Source: Micrococcus luteus NCTC 2665 (GTDB lineage Bacteria; Actinomycetota; Actinomycetes; Actinomycetales; Micrococcaceae). Taken from it: DNA of 32,000 nt. Made by a program: the position numbers and the translations under genes. The notes under the pieces are model-generated. The model saw nothing but the letters and a program-made list of their open reading frames with translations. It did no database searches and was not told the DNA's origin. The stretch covers positions 540,001 through 572,000 of the forward strand of contig NC_012803.1 of NCBI RefSeq assembly GCF_000023205.1, in the 5' to 3' direction. This document shows positions 18,326-26,195 of the stretch, piece after piece (positions within the stretch are counted from its first letter, which is position 1; every line of letters begins with the position of its first letter).

Positions 18326-19318
18326 GTGACCGATCAGACCCCCCAGGCCCAGCCCGCCGCAGGCACCGCCCTGCCGCCCTCCACCGGGCTGCGTCTCATG
18401 GCGGTGCACGCGCACCCCGACGACGAGTCCTCGAAGGGGGCCGGCACCATGGCCGCCTACGCGGCCGCCGGGGCCGAGGTCATGGTCGTCACGTGCACCG
18501 GCGGCGAGGCCGGCACCCTGCTCAACCCGTCGTTCGGGGACACCACCCGGGCCGACCGGGACATCGCGGCCGTGCGCCGCGAGGAGATGGCGGAGGCCGC
18601 GCGCATCCTCGGCATCCGGCACGCCTGGCTCGGCTTCCTCGACTCGGGCCTGCCCGAGGGGGATCCGCTGCCCGCCCTCCCGGCGAACTGCTTCGCCGAG
18701 ATCCCGCTCCGGGATGCGGCGGCCCCGCTGATCTCGCTCGTGCGCCGGTTCCGCCCGCACGTGCTCATCTCCTACGACGAGGTCGGCGGCTACCCCCACC
18801 CGGACCACCTGCAGGCCCACGCCGTGACGATGGAGGCCTACCGGGCCGCCGGCCTCGCCGACGAGTACCCCGAGGCCGGGCCCGCCTGGGAGGTCTCGAA
18901 GGTCTACTACGACTGCGGCTTCAACCCGCGGAAGTTCCGCACGATGGCCGCGGTGGCCGAGGCCGACGGCGAGGACGTGCCGTTCGCCCGACGCCTGATG
19001 ATGTTCGACGCGATGGACGCGATGCGCGAGGTGCTGCGCCGCCGCGAAGCCGGGGAGGACGTGCCCGACCCGGAGGTCATCCCGCCGTGGGTCACCGCGG
19101 ACCACGACGTCACCACGCAGGTGGACGTCACCGGCTTCCTCGACGAGCGCGACGCCGCCCTGCGGGCGCATCGCACCCAGATCGACCCCGACGGCATGTT
19201 CTTCGACGCCCCCCATGATCTGCAGCGGCGCGCCTGGCCGTGGGAGGACTTCGCGCTGATCGACTCGCGCGTGCCCTCCGAGCTGCCGGAGCACGACCTC
19301 TTCGCCGGCCTGCGCTGA
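18326..19318 (+). CDS. mca: mycothiol S-conjugate amidase (LmbE/PIG-L family)
   Basis: LRLMAVHAHPDDES and HPDH zinc-binding motifs are present, and the N-terminal region is collinear with mycobacterial Mca. The start is GTG 18326, with ATG 18398 as the alternative. Confidence 0.88.
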   Translation: MTDQTPQAQPAAGTALPPSTGLRLMAVHAHPDDESSKGAGTMAAYAAAGAEVMVVTCTGGEAGTLLNPSFGDTTRADRDIAAVRREEMAEAARILGIRHAWLGFLDSGLPEGDPLPALPANCFAEIPLRDAAAPLISLVRRFRPHVLISYDEVGGYPHPDHLQAHAVTMEAYRAAGLADEYPEAGPAWEVSKVYYDCGFNPRKFRTMAAVAEADGEDVPFARRLMMFDAMDAMREVLRRREAGEDVPDPEVIPPWVTADHDVTTQVDVTGFLDERDAALRAHRTQIDPDGMFFDAPHDLQRRAWPWEDFALIDSRVPSELPEHDLFAGLR

Positions 19319-19352
19319 GCCGACCCGGCTCGGGCCGTGCAGCCGGGGCCGG

Positions 19353-19358
19353 TAGAGT
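19353..19358 (+). promoter_or_regulatory. -10 box TAGAGT, 8 nt before GTG 19367 (leaderless arrangement)
   Basis: The sequence reads TAGAGT-GGGGCGGC-GTG. Confidence 0.35.
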
Positions 19359-19366
19359 GGGGCGGC

Positions 19367-19771
19367 GTGACACCCCTGTCTGGCCTTCCCCTCGTCCTCA
19401 CCGCGCTCGCGGCCGCGAGCCCCGCGCCGGTGCCCGCCGTCCCGGAGCCGACGCTGCGCCCCGGGCTCGAGGAGGCGGAGGTCACCCCCGGCATCGAGGG
19501 GTTCCTGTTCACCGCGCTCATGGTGGTCATGGCGATCATCGTCCTCCGCGTCATGGTCCGCTCCGTGCGCCGCGTCCAGCAGCGCTCCCCGCAGGCCGAG
19601 GCCATGCTCGTGGAGCGCCATCAGCAGCACCTGCCGGACGAGGCGCGCGCGGGCGGCGAGCACCTGGACGCGGACTCCGAGGACCGGCTGCGCCGCCTGC
19701 AGGAGAAGTACCCCGGCTACCTCCAGGAGCCGGCCCCGGAGCCCCAGGCCCCGGACACCGGACGCGACTGA
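19367..19771 (+). CDS. hypothetical small membrane protein
   Basis: High third-position GC. It has a signal-like N-terminus and one TM helix (FLFTALMVVMAIIVLRVMV). GTG 19367 lies 8 nt after a TAGAGT box. No family was recognised. Confidence 0.5.
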   Translation: MTPLSGLPLVLTALAAASPAPVPAVPEPTLRPGLEEAEVTPGIEGFLFTALMVVMAIIVLRVMVRSVRRVQQRSPQAEAMLVERHQQHLPDEARAGGEHLDADSEDRLRRLQEKYPGYLQEPAPEPQAPDTGRD

Positions 19772-19831
19772 CCGCCGTCGGGCCCGTGCACGCCCGAGAT
19801 TCGGCGCCGGAGACTCCACGCCCGAACCCTT

Positions 19832-19886
19832 GAGGCCCGCAGACGCGCCGCTACGGCATGGACGTAGCGGCGCGTCTGCGGGCCTC
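19832..19886. terminator. bidirectional hairpin between convergent genes
   Basis: A 24-bp perfect stem (19832-19855 with 19863-19886) with a 7-nt loop. It lies between the stops at 19771 (+) and 19928 (-). Confidence 0.65.
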
Positions 19887-19927
19887 GGCGCTGCCCGGCG
19901 GGGCGCAGACCCCCGTCCCTGCCGCGC

Positions 19928-20647
19928 TCAGGCGACGACGAGCACCGCCCGGTAGATGGCGACGGCGTGGCACACGAAGCCGGCCACCGTGAAGGCGTGG
20001 AACAGCTCGTGGAAGCCGAACCACTCGCGGTGGATCGTGGGGGCCTGCAGTGCGTAGAAGACCGCGCCCGTGATGTACGCGATGCCGCCGGCCACGATCA
20101 GCCACCCCGCCGCCGCATCCGCGGCGAAGAAGTCGCCCAGGTACAGCAGCGCCGCCAGCCCGAGCACCACGTACACCGGCGTGTAGAGCCAGCGCGGCGC
20201 GTCCGTCCACAGCACCCGGAACGCGACGCCGGCCACGGCCCCCACCCACACCAGGGTGAGCAGCACACGCGCCCGGTCCGGAGGCAGCAGGGCCAGGGAG
20301 AGCGGCGTGTAGGTGCCGGCGATGACCAGCATGATGTTCGTGTGGTCCAGCCGCTTGAGGACACGGGAGACCACCTCGTTCCACTGCACCAGGTGGTACG
20401 TCGCCGAGACCGCGAACAGCAGCAGGCCCGTCACGGCGTAGACCGCGCTGGCCCACCGCAGCGTTGCAGTCGGCGCGAGCACGATGAGCACGATGCCGGC
20501 CGCGAGCGTCAGCGGCGCCATGACCGCGTGGATCCAGCCGCGCAGTCGGGGCTTGTACAGCGGATGGTCGGGGTCGCGGACGCGCTCGATGCGCCAGCGC
20601 AGACGACGGGCGGAGTCGGTCTCGCGGTGGGGTGTCACAGGGTCCAT
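19928..20647 (-). CDS. trhA: hemolysin III / PAQR-family membrane protein
   Basis: 239 aa with seven TM helices and PAQR-type motifs (RGWIHA ... LDHTNIMLVIAGTYTP ... HELFHAFT). This is the in-frame tail of track ORF 19928..22018. Confidence 0.85.
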   Translation of the reverse strand: MDPVTPHRETDSARRLRWRIERVRDPDHPLYKPRLRGWIHAVMAPLTLAAGIVLIVLAPTATLRWASAVYAVTGLLLFAVSATYHLVQWNEVVSRVLKRLDHTNIMLVIAGTYTPLSLALLPPDRARVLLTLVWVGAVAGVAFRVLWTDAPRWLYTPVYVVLGLAALLYLGDFFAADAAAGWLIVAGGIAYITGAVFYALQAPTIHREWFGFHELFHAFTVAGFVCHAVAIYRAVLVVA

Positions 20648-20752
20648 GCCTCCATTGTCACCGGTCGGCCCGGGGCCGGGGCACGGGATGGTCGCTGTGT
20701 GCCGCGCGCGTATCCTGGAGGCTCGCAGGACCATTCGAGAGGGGAGCGCGCC

Positions 20753-21526
20753 GTGGGTCGACCTGAGGCCTTCTACCGCCTGTACGAGCGGCGGCTGGCG
20801 CGCGGCCTGGACCCGGAGCGGCTGCCCCGGCACATCGGTGTGCTGGTGGACGGCAACCGTCGCTGGGCCCGCGCGTTCGGGGCGTCCACGCAGCAGGGCC
20901 ACCAGGCCGGCGCCGAGCGCATCCTCGACTTCATCGGCTGGTGCGACGAGGCCGGCATCCCCGTGGTCACGCTCTACATGCTCTCCACCGAGAACCTGCG
21001 GCGCCCGGCGGAGGAGCTCGCCCCGCTCCTGGAGATCATCCAGACGACGGCGGAGCGCCTCGCCCAGCCGGCCGAGGGCCGCGCCCCCGTGTGCGTGCAG
21101 CCGGTCGGCGCGGTGGACCTGCTCCCCGAGCCCATGGCGCGGCGGCTCGCCGAGGTGGCCGAGCAGACCAAGGACCACGACGGCGTGCACGTGAACGTGG
21201 CCGTGGGCTACGGGGGTCGCCAGGAGATCCTCGACGCCGTGCGCGAGCTGCTGCGGGACGAGCACGCCCTGGGCCACAGCGCGGCGGAGGTGGCCGAGTC
21301 CGTCACCGTCGAGCAGATCGCGGACCGGCTCTACACGCGCGGCCAGCCGGACCCGGACCTGGTCATCCGCACGTCCGGGGAGCAGCGGCTCTCCGGGTTC
21401 CTGCTCTGGCAGTCCGCGTACTCGGAGTTCTACTTCTGCGAGGCCATGTGGCCCGCGTTCCGCAAGGTCGACTTCCTGCGTGCCCTGCGCGACTACGGCA
21501 GCCGTCAGCGCCGGTTCGGCACCTGA
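20753..21526 (+). CDS. cis-(Z)-isoprenyl diphosphate synthase (UppS family; Rv1086-like position)
   Basis: Motifs HIGVLVDGNRRWA and RTSGEQRLSGFLLWQSAYSEFYF are present. GTG 20753 follows a GAGAGGGGA purine-rich tract. This is the in-frame tail of track ORF 19967..21526. Confidence 0.88.
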   Translation: MGRPEAFYRLYERRLARGLDPERLPRHIGVLVDGNRRWARAFGASTQQGHQAGAERILDFIGWCDEAGIPVVTLYMLSTENLRRPAEELAPLLEIIQTTAERLAQPAEGRAPVCVQPVGAVDLLPEPMARRLAEVAEQTKDHDGVHVNVAVGYGGRQEILDAVRELLRDEHALGHSAAEVAESVTVEQIADRLYTRGQPDPDLVIRTSGEQRLSGFLLWQSAYSEFYFCEAMWPAFRKVDFLRALRDYGSRQRRFGT

Positions 21527-22152
21527 CGGTCGGCGCGGCCCCACCACAGGCCCAGCAGCACCCCGACGACGGCCCCGGCCAGGTGGCCGGTCCACGAGAT
21601 GCCGGGGGCCGGCAGCAGGCCGATCAGGCTCGAGCCCAGGTGCGTGAGCGCGACGAGCACGGAGACGACGACCGCCCCGATCCGCCGCACCGCGACCCCG
21701 TAGACGATCAGGAACGCGATCAGCGCGTACACGATCCCGGAGGCGCCGATGTGCACGCCCGGGGTGCCGATCGCCCAGGTCAGCAGGCCCGAGCCCAGCC
21801 AGGCGCAGACGAGCAGGGCCACCGGCCGGCGCGAGACCAGGGCGGCCAGCGGACCGAGGACGAGCAGCGCCGTCGTGTTGCCGATCAAGTGGGCCCAGCC
21901 GGCGTGCAGCACGGGGGAGAACAGGACCCCGTCGAGGCCGTCGAGGCGCCGCGGGATCAGGCCCACGCCGGGGATGATCACCCGGCCGAGGAAGATCAGC
22001 ACGACCTGCGCGACCCACATGGCCGTGATCAGCACGGCGGTGGGCGCGACGGCGCCCAGCAGGCGGCCGCCGGCGCGCTCGGCCAGGGTCGGGGCGGGGG
22101 CCGGGCCGCCCGGCCGATCGGGCAGGCCGGGGGACGGGCGGTGCATGCTCAT
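21505..22152 (-). CDS. rhomboid-family intramembrane serine protease
   Basis: Six TM helices with motifs WAHLIGN and GASGIVYAL (catalytic Ser) plus a downstream His (GHLAG). Confidence 0.8.
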   Translation of the reverse strand: MSMHRPSPGLPDRPGGPAPAPTLAERAGGRLLGAVAPTAVLITAMWVAQVVLIFLGRVIIPGVGLIPRRLDGLDGVLFSPVLHAGWAHLIGNTTALLVLGPLAALVSRRPVALLVCAWLGSGLLTWAIGTPGVHIGASGIVYALIAFLIVYGVAVRRIGAVVVSVLVALTHLGSSLIGLLPAPGISWTGHLAGAVVGVLLGLWWGRADRQVPNRR

Positions 22153-22277
22153 GGGCCCTCCTGGGGACGGGGAGCGGGCGGCCGTCGGGACGTCGGCGGC
22201 GCGTCTCCAGTGTAGGGAGCGCGGGACGTCGGGGCCGTGGCGGGGCTCGGACGGACCGTCACCGCGACTTCATCCCG

Positions 22278-22358
22278 GGTTCACCGTGCCGGGACCCGGC
22301 GGACGACGCCGCTTCCTAGCGTGGCCCGTGGGCGGACCCCCGCACGCACGGTTCACCG
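22278..22358 (+). repeat. 9-nt direct repeat GGTTCACCG x2 flanking the phoH2 promoter candidate
   Basis: Identical copies at 22278-22286 and 22350-22358. The flanks GTGCCGG (22286-22292) and CCGGCAC (22356-22362) are mutually complementary. Confidence 0.8.
22317..22322 (+). promoter_or_regulatory. candidate -10 box TAGCGT upstream of phoH2
   Basis: A TANNNT hexamer 52 nt before ATG 22374, flanked by the GGTTCACCG direct repeats. Confidence 0.28.
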
Positions 22359-22373
22359 GCACAGGAGGCAGAC

Positions 22374-23828
22374 ATGGTGGCAGAGCTCGTGGAGCACGCG
22401 CAGACCCGGCAGGAGCCGCCGAGGCCGAACCGGCCGGGCCAGGCGCGTGCCGAGGCGGGGCCGGCGGAGGCGACCGGCCTGCGGACCTACGTGGTGGACA
22501 CGTCCGTGCTGCTCTCGGACCCGCGCGCCCTGCTGCACTTCGCCGAGCACGAGGTGGTCCTGCCGCTCGTGGTGGTCTCGGAGCTCGAGGCCAAGCGCGC
22601 CGACCCCGACCTCGGCTACTACGCGCGCACGGCCCTGCGCCTGCTCGACGACCTGCGCGGCCGCCACGGCGCGCTGGACCAGCCCGTGCCGATCACCCCC
22701 GAGGGCGGCACGCTGCGGATCGAACTGAACCACGTGTCCGTGGACGTGCTGCCCCTGGGCATCCGCGGCACGGACAACGACTCCCGCATCCTCGCCGTCG
22801 CGAAGGCGCTCGCGGACGAGGGCGCCACGGTCACGGTCGTGTCCAAGGACCTGCCGATGCGCGTGAAGGCGGCGGCCATGGGCCTCGCCGCGGACGAGTA
22901 CCGCCACGAGCTCGTGCGTGACTCGGGCTGGCGCGGCACCGTCTCCCTCAGCGTGGCGCAGGAGCGGCTGGACGCCCTCTACGACGACGGCGAGGTCGAC
23001 CTGGCCGGCGTCCCGCTGGGGACCCTGACCGGCACGGGCGTCGAGACCGGGCCGGAGGAGGCCCCGGCCGAGGCGGACCGCCTGCCGGTCAACACGGGGC
23101 TGGTGCTCACCGCGCCCCGGGGCTCCGCTCTGGCCCGGGTCGGCGAGGGCGGCCGAGCCTGCCTGGTGCGCGGGGACCGCGACGTGTTCGGCCTGCACGG
23201 CCGCTCCGCCGAGCAGCGGCTGGCCATCGAGCTGCTGACGGATCCGAGCGTGGGCATCGTCTCCCTCGGCGGCCGCGCGGGCACCGGCAAGTCCGCGCTG
23301 GCGCTGTGCGCGGGCCTCGACGCCGTGATGGAGCGCCGCGAGCACCGCAGGGTGGTCGTGTTCCGCCCGCTGTACGCCGTCGGCGGCCAGGACCTGGGCT
23401 ACCTGCCCGGCTCCGAGGGCGACAAGATGGGCCCGTGGGCGCAGGCCGTGTTCGACACCCTGGGCGCGCTCGTCTCCCCGTCCGTGGTGGACGAGGTGGT
23501 GGACCGCGGGATGCTGGAGATCCTGCCGCTGACGCACATCCGCGGCCGCTCGCTGCACGATGCGTGGGTGATCGTGGACGAGGCGCAGTCGCTCGAGCGG
23601 AACGTGCTGCTCACGGTGCTGAGCCGGATGGGCCGCAACTCGAAGGTGGTGCTGACCCACGACGTCGCCCAGCGGGACAACCTGCGCGTGGGCCGGCACG
23701 ACGGCATCGCGGCCGTGGTGGAGCGCCTCAAGGGCCACCCGCTGTTCGGGCACGTGACGCTGACCCGTTCCGAGCGCTCGCCGATCGCCGCGCTGGTCAC
23801 GGACCTGCTGGAGGAGGGCCGGGCCTGA
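22374..23828 (+). CDS. PhoH2-type protein (N-terminal PIN domain fused to a PhoH ATPase)
   Basis: The PIN-like N-terminus reads [12 protein letters not shown]. Walker A GRAGTGKS and Walker B VIVDEAQ are present. SD AGGAGG (22363-22368) lies 5 nt before ATG 22374. Confidence 0.88.
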   Translation: MVAELVEHAQTRQEPPRPNRPGQARAEAGPAEATGLRTYVVDTSVLLSDPRALLHFAEHEVVLPLVVVSELEAKRADPDLGYYARTALRLLDDLRGRHGALDQPVPITPEGGTLRIELNHVSVDVLPLGIRGTDNDSRILAVAKALADEGATVTVVSKDLPMRVKAAAMGLAADEYRHELVRDSGWRGTVSLSVAQERLDALYDDGEVDLAGVPLGTLTGTGVETGPEEAPAEADRLPVNTGLVLTAPRGSALARVGEGGRACLVRGDRDVFGLHGRSAEQRLAIELLTDPSVGIVSLGGRAGTGKSALALCAGLDAVMERREHRRVVVFRPLYAVGGQDLGYLPGSEGDKMGPWAQAVFDTLGALVSPSVVDEVVDRGMLEILPLTHIRGRSLHDAWVIVDEAQSLERNVLLTVLSRMGRNSKVVLTHDVAQRDNLRVGRHDGIAAVVERLKGHPLFGHVTLTRSERSPIAALVTDLLEEGRA

Positions 23829-23850
23829 GCCGGCGGCGGGGCCGGGCATG

Positions 23851-23881
23851 AAAAAGGGGCCGCTGCCGAAGCAGCGGCCCC
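23851..23881. terminator. hairpin after phoH2; a canonical stem+T5 terminator when read on the minus strand
   Basis: An 11-bp perfect stem (23856-23866 with 23871-23881) with loop CGAA. A5 at 23851-23855 reads as T5 after the stem on the minus strand. Confidence 0.65.
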
Positions 23882-24015
23882 CGGCGGGGGTGCTCGGCCC
23901 CGCGGAGGGGGGATGGGGGACCGAGGAAGCCCGCCACCATGGCCCCTTTGAAACGGGATTGAGGCCATGGGGTCTGTGTGAGCCCCGTACGTCCATCAGA
24001 CGGCCGGAAGCTCGT
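23851..24015 (-). ncRNA. candidate C-rich small RNA (hypothetical; boundaries inferred)
   Basis: The 3' end is a minus-strand intrinsic terminator (11-bp stem 23881-23856 plus T5 at 23855-23851). The 5' end is inferred from a TACTCT box (24027-24022). No credible ORF is present. Predicted hairpins at 23937-23970 and 23893-23925 expose C-runs. No family match was verified. Confidence 0.3.
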
Positions 24016-24088
24016 GACTTCAGAGTAGACCCGTGCGGGGGGGGGCGTCGCAATGGGCGGCTCCGGTTGCGCTGTGGGCAGAACACCG

Positions 24089-24120
24089 GGTGGCCGGACC
24101 GTGAACGCGAGGTGGCCGGA
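24089..24120 (+). repeat. 10-nt direct repeat GGTGGCCGGA x2, 22 nt apart start to start
   Basis: Identical copies at 24089-24098 and 24111-24120, 42-78 nt upstream of the A24 peptidase -10 box. Confidence 0.8.
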
Positions 24121-24161
24121 TCGCCCTGTGGACGGCGACCCGGCGTGTGCGCCGTCCGGCC

Positions 24162-24167
24162 TAGGCT
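24162..24167 (+). promoter_or_regulatory. -10 box TAGGCT, 6 nt before the A24 peptidase ATG (leaderless arrangement)
   Basis: The sequence reads TAGGCT-GGGCGC-ATG(24174). Confidence 0.45.
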
Positions 24168-24173
24168 GGGCGC

Positions 24174-24677
24174 ATGAGCGGGGTGGGATGGGCGTGGGCG
24201 CACGGTGCGCCGGCGACGGCGGTGCTGTGGTCCCTGGGACTGGTGTGGTTCGCGGTGTGCACGGGCGTGCTCGTGCGCACGGACCTGCGCGAGCACCGGC
24301 TGCCGAACCGATGGACGCTGCGGCTGGCGCTGGGCGGGTTGACGATGATGACCGGGGGAGCGCTGCTGGCGGGCCGGGGTGACCTGGCCCTCTGCAGCCT
24401 GCTGGGCGGTCTCGGCTACACCGTGGCCATGCTCGCGCTGCACGTGCTCAGCCGCGGCGGCCTCGGGATGGGCGACGTGAAGCTGGCCGGCGGGCTGGGC
24501 GTGTACACGGGGGCGCTCGGCCCGACGGCGGTGCTCGCCGCCGGGGTGGGCGCGATCCTGCTCGGCGGCGTCGTGGCGGGGCTGCTGGTGCTCGCGGGTC
24601 GGGCGACGGGGCGGACGGCGCTGCCGTTCGGGCCGGCGATGGTGGCGGCGGCCGCCGGAGTGCTGGTGCTGGCGTGA
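24174..24677 (+). CDS. A24-family prepilin (type IV / Flp leader) peptidase, short form
   Basis: 167-aa polytopic protein. The first catalytic Asp context is LVRTDLREHRLPN and the second is GLGMGDVKLAGGLG. Confidence 0.75.
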   Translation: MSGVGWAWAHGAPATAVLWSLGLVWFAVCTGVLVRTDLREHRLPNRWTLRLALGGLTMMTGGALLAGRGDLALCSLLGGLGYTVAMLALHVLSRGGLGMGDVKLAGGLGVYTGALGPTAVLAAGVGAILLGGVVAGLLVLAGRATGRTALPFGPAMVAAAAGVLVLA

Positions 24678-24680
24678 ACC

Positions 24681-24719
24681 ACGAGCGGCCGCCCTCCGCA
24701 CGGGAGGACGGCCGCTCGT
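24681..24719. terminator. bidirectional hairpin between the A24 peptidase gene and fumC
   Basis: The stem is 11 bp (24681-24691 with 24709-24719), then one mismatch, then 5 bp (24693-24697 with 24703-24707). Confidence 0.55.
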
Positions 24720-24767
24720 CGTCGTGGTCCGGGAGGCGGCGTCGCGCCGCTCACCGGATCCGCCGGA

Positions 24768-26189
24768 TCACTCCGGGTGGGTCATGGACATGGTGTCCAG
24801 GGCCTTGTCCAGCTGCTCCTCGGTGACCTCGCCGCGCTCGACGTAGCCGAGGTCCACGACGGCCTCGCGCACGGTCATCTTGTTCGCGACGGAGTGCTTG
24901 GCGATCTTGGCGGCGGCCTCGTAGCCGATCACCTTGTTCAGGGGGGTCACGATGGACGGCGAGGCACCGGCGAGGAAGGCGCAGCGCTCCTCGTTGGCCT
25001 CGATGCCGTCGATCATCTTGTCCGCCATGACGCGCGTCGTGTTGGCCAGCAGGCGGATGGACTCGAGCAGGTTGGCGGCCATCACCGGGATGCCCACGTT
25101 GAGCTCGAACGCGCCGTTGGTGGAGGACAGGGCGACGGTGGTGTCGTTGCCGATCACCTGGGCGCACACCATGATCGCGGCCTCGCAGATCACGGGGTTG
25201 ACCTTGCCCGGCATGATCGAGGAGCCCGGCTGCAGGTCCGGGATGGCGATCTCACCGAGGCCGGTGTTCGGGCCGGAGCCCATCCACCGCAGGTCGTTGT
25301 TGATCTTCATGATCGAGTACGCGATGTTCCGCAGCTGACCGGAGGCCTCCACGAGGCCGTCACGGTTGGCCTGGGCCTCGAAGTGGTTGCGGGCCTCGGT
25401 CAGCGGCAGGCCGGTCTCCTCGGCGAGCAGCTCGATCACGCGGGCGGAGAAGCCCTGGGGCGTGTTGATGCCGGTGCCCACGGCGGTGCCGCCGAGCGGG
25501 ACCTCGGCCACGCGGGGCAGCGCGCACTGGATGCGCTCGATGCCGTAGCGGACCTGCGCGGCGTAGCCGCTGAACTCCTGGCCCAGGGTCACCGGGGTGG
25601 CGTCCATGAGGTGGGTGCGGCCGGACTTCACGATGCCGGCGAAGTCCTCCGCCTTCTTCTCGAGGGAGACGGCCAGATGGTCCAGCGCCGGGACGAGGTC
25701 GTTCACGAGGGCGGCGGTGACGGCCACGTGCACGGAGGTCGGGAACACGTCGTTCGAGGACTGGGAGGCGTTGACGTGGTCGTTGGGGTGCACCTCGTCC
25801 TCGGAGCCGGCCTCCTTCAGGGCGCGGGTGGCGAGGGTGGCGAGCACCTCGTTGGTGTTCATGTTCGAGGAGGTGCCGGAGCCGGTCTGGAACACGTCGA
25901 TCGGGAACTGGTCGTCGTGGTCGCCGGCGATGACCTGGTCCGCGGCGGCGACGATGGCGTCCGCGCGCTCCTGCGAGATGATGCCCAGCTCGGCGTTCGC
26001 CTTGGCCGCGGCCTTCTTGACCTGCGCGAGGGCGTGGATGTGGGCGGGCTCGAGGCCCTTGCCGGAGATCGGGAAGTTCTCCACGGCGCGCTGGGTCTGT
26101 GCACGGTAGAGCGCGTTCACCGGCACCTTCACCTCGCCCATGGTGTCGTGCTCGATGCGGAACTGCTGATCGGTGTTCTCTGCGGTCAT
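24768..26189 (-). CDS. fumC: class II fumarate hydratase
   Basis: The signature [11 protein letters not shown] is present and the N-terminus [14 protein letters not shown] is typical. ATG 26189 lies 6 nt after a TAGGAT box. The track start GTG 26195 is 2 codons longer. Confidence 0.93.
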   Translation of the reverse strand: MTAENTDQQFRIEHDTMGEVKVPVNALYRAQTQRAVENFPISGKGLEPAHIHALAQVKKAAAKANAELGIISQERADAIVAAADQVIAGDHDDQFPIDVFQTGSGTSSNMNTNEVLATLATRALKEAGSEDEVHPNDHVNASQSSNDVFPTSVHVAVTAALVNDLVPALDHLAVSLEKKAEDFAGIVKSGRTHLMDATPVTLGQEFSGYAAQVRYGIERIQCALPRVAEVPLGGTAVGTGINTPQGFSARVIELLAEETGLPLTEARNHFEAQANRDGLVEASGQLRNIAYSIMKINNDLRWMGSGPNTGLGEIAIPDLQPGSSIMPGKVNPVICEAAIMVCAQVIGNDTTVALSSTNGAFELNVGIPVMAANLLESIRLLANTTRVMADKMIDGIEANEERCAFLAGASPSIVTPLNKVIGYEAAAKIAKHSVANKMTVREAVVDLGYVERGEVTEEQLDKALDTMSMTHPE

Positions 26190-26195
26190 GATCAC

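Noticed and set aside
22321-22728. PhoAT-like upstream or overlapping small ORF at phoH2 (GTG 22321 or GTG 22328, just after the TAGCGT box).
   Set aside because: Both frames stay open for hundreds of nt across phoH2 purely because of GC content. They have no SD and encode Arg/Gly/Pro-rich strings. Nothing distinguishes them from the other artefactual ORFs.
23856-23919. Possible G-quadruplex from G-runs at 23856-23859, 23886-23890, 23907-23912 and 23915-23919.
   Set aside because: The loops between runs would be 26, 16 and 2 nt, well outside canonical G4 geometry. Two of the runs are also better explained as arms of hairpins.
23851-24060. Identity of the gap RNA as SRP (4.5S), 6S, RNase P or tmRNA.
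   Set aside because: I found no GGUCCGGAAGGAAGCAG-type SRP helix-8 motif and no GAGGAAAGUCC RNase P motif. The 5' and 3' parts are both C-rich (G-rich on the other strand), so a 6S-like closing helix cannot form. The region is also far too short for tmRNA or RNase P.
23848-24177. 109-aa plus-strand ORF (MKKGPLPKQRPP...) filling the phoH2/A24 peptidase gap.
   Set aside because: It uses many codons that are rare here (AGA, GTA, TTG, AGG, GGA, CGT, GAA). Its ATG lies inside the A-tract of the terminator, it has no SD, and it runs through the hairpin and the G9 tract. The region looks non-coding.
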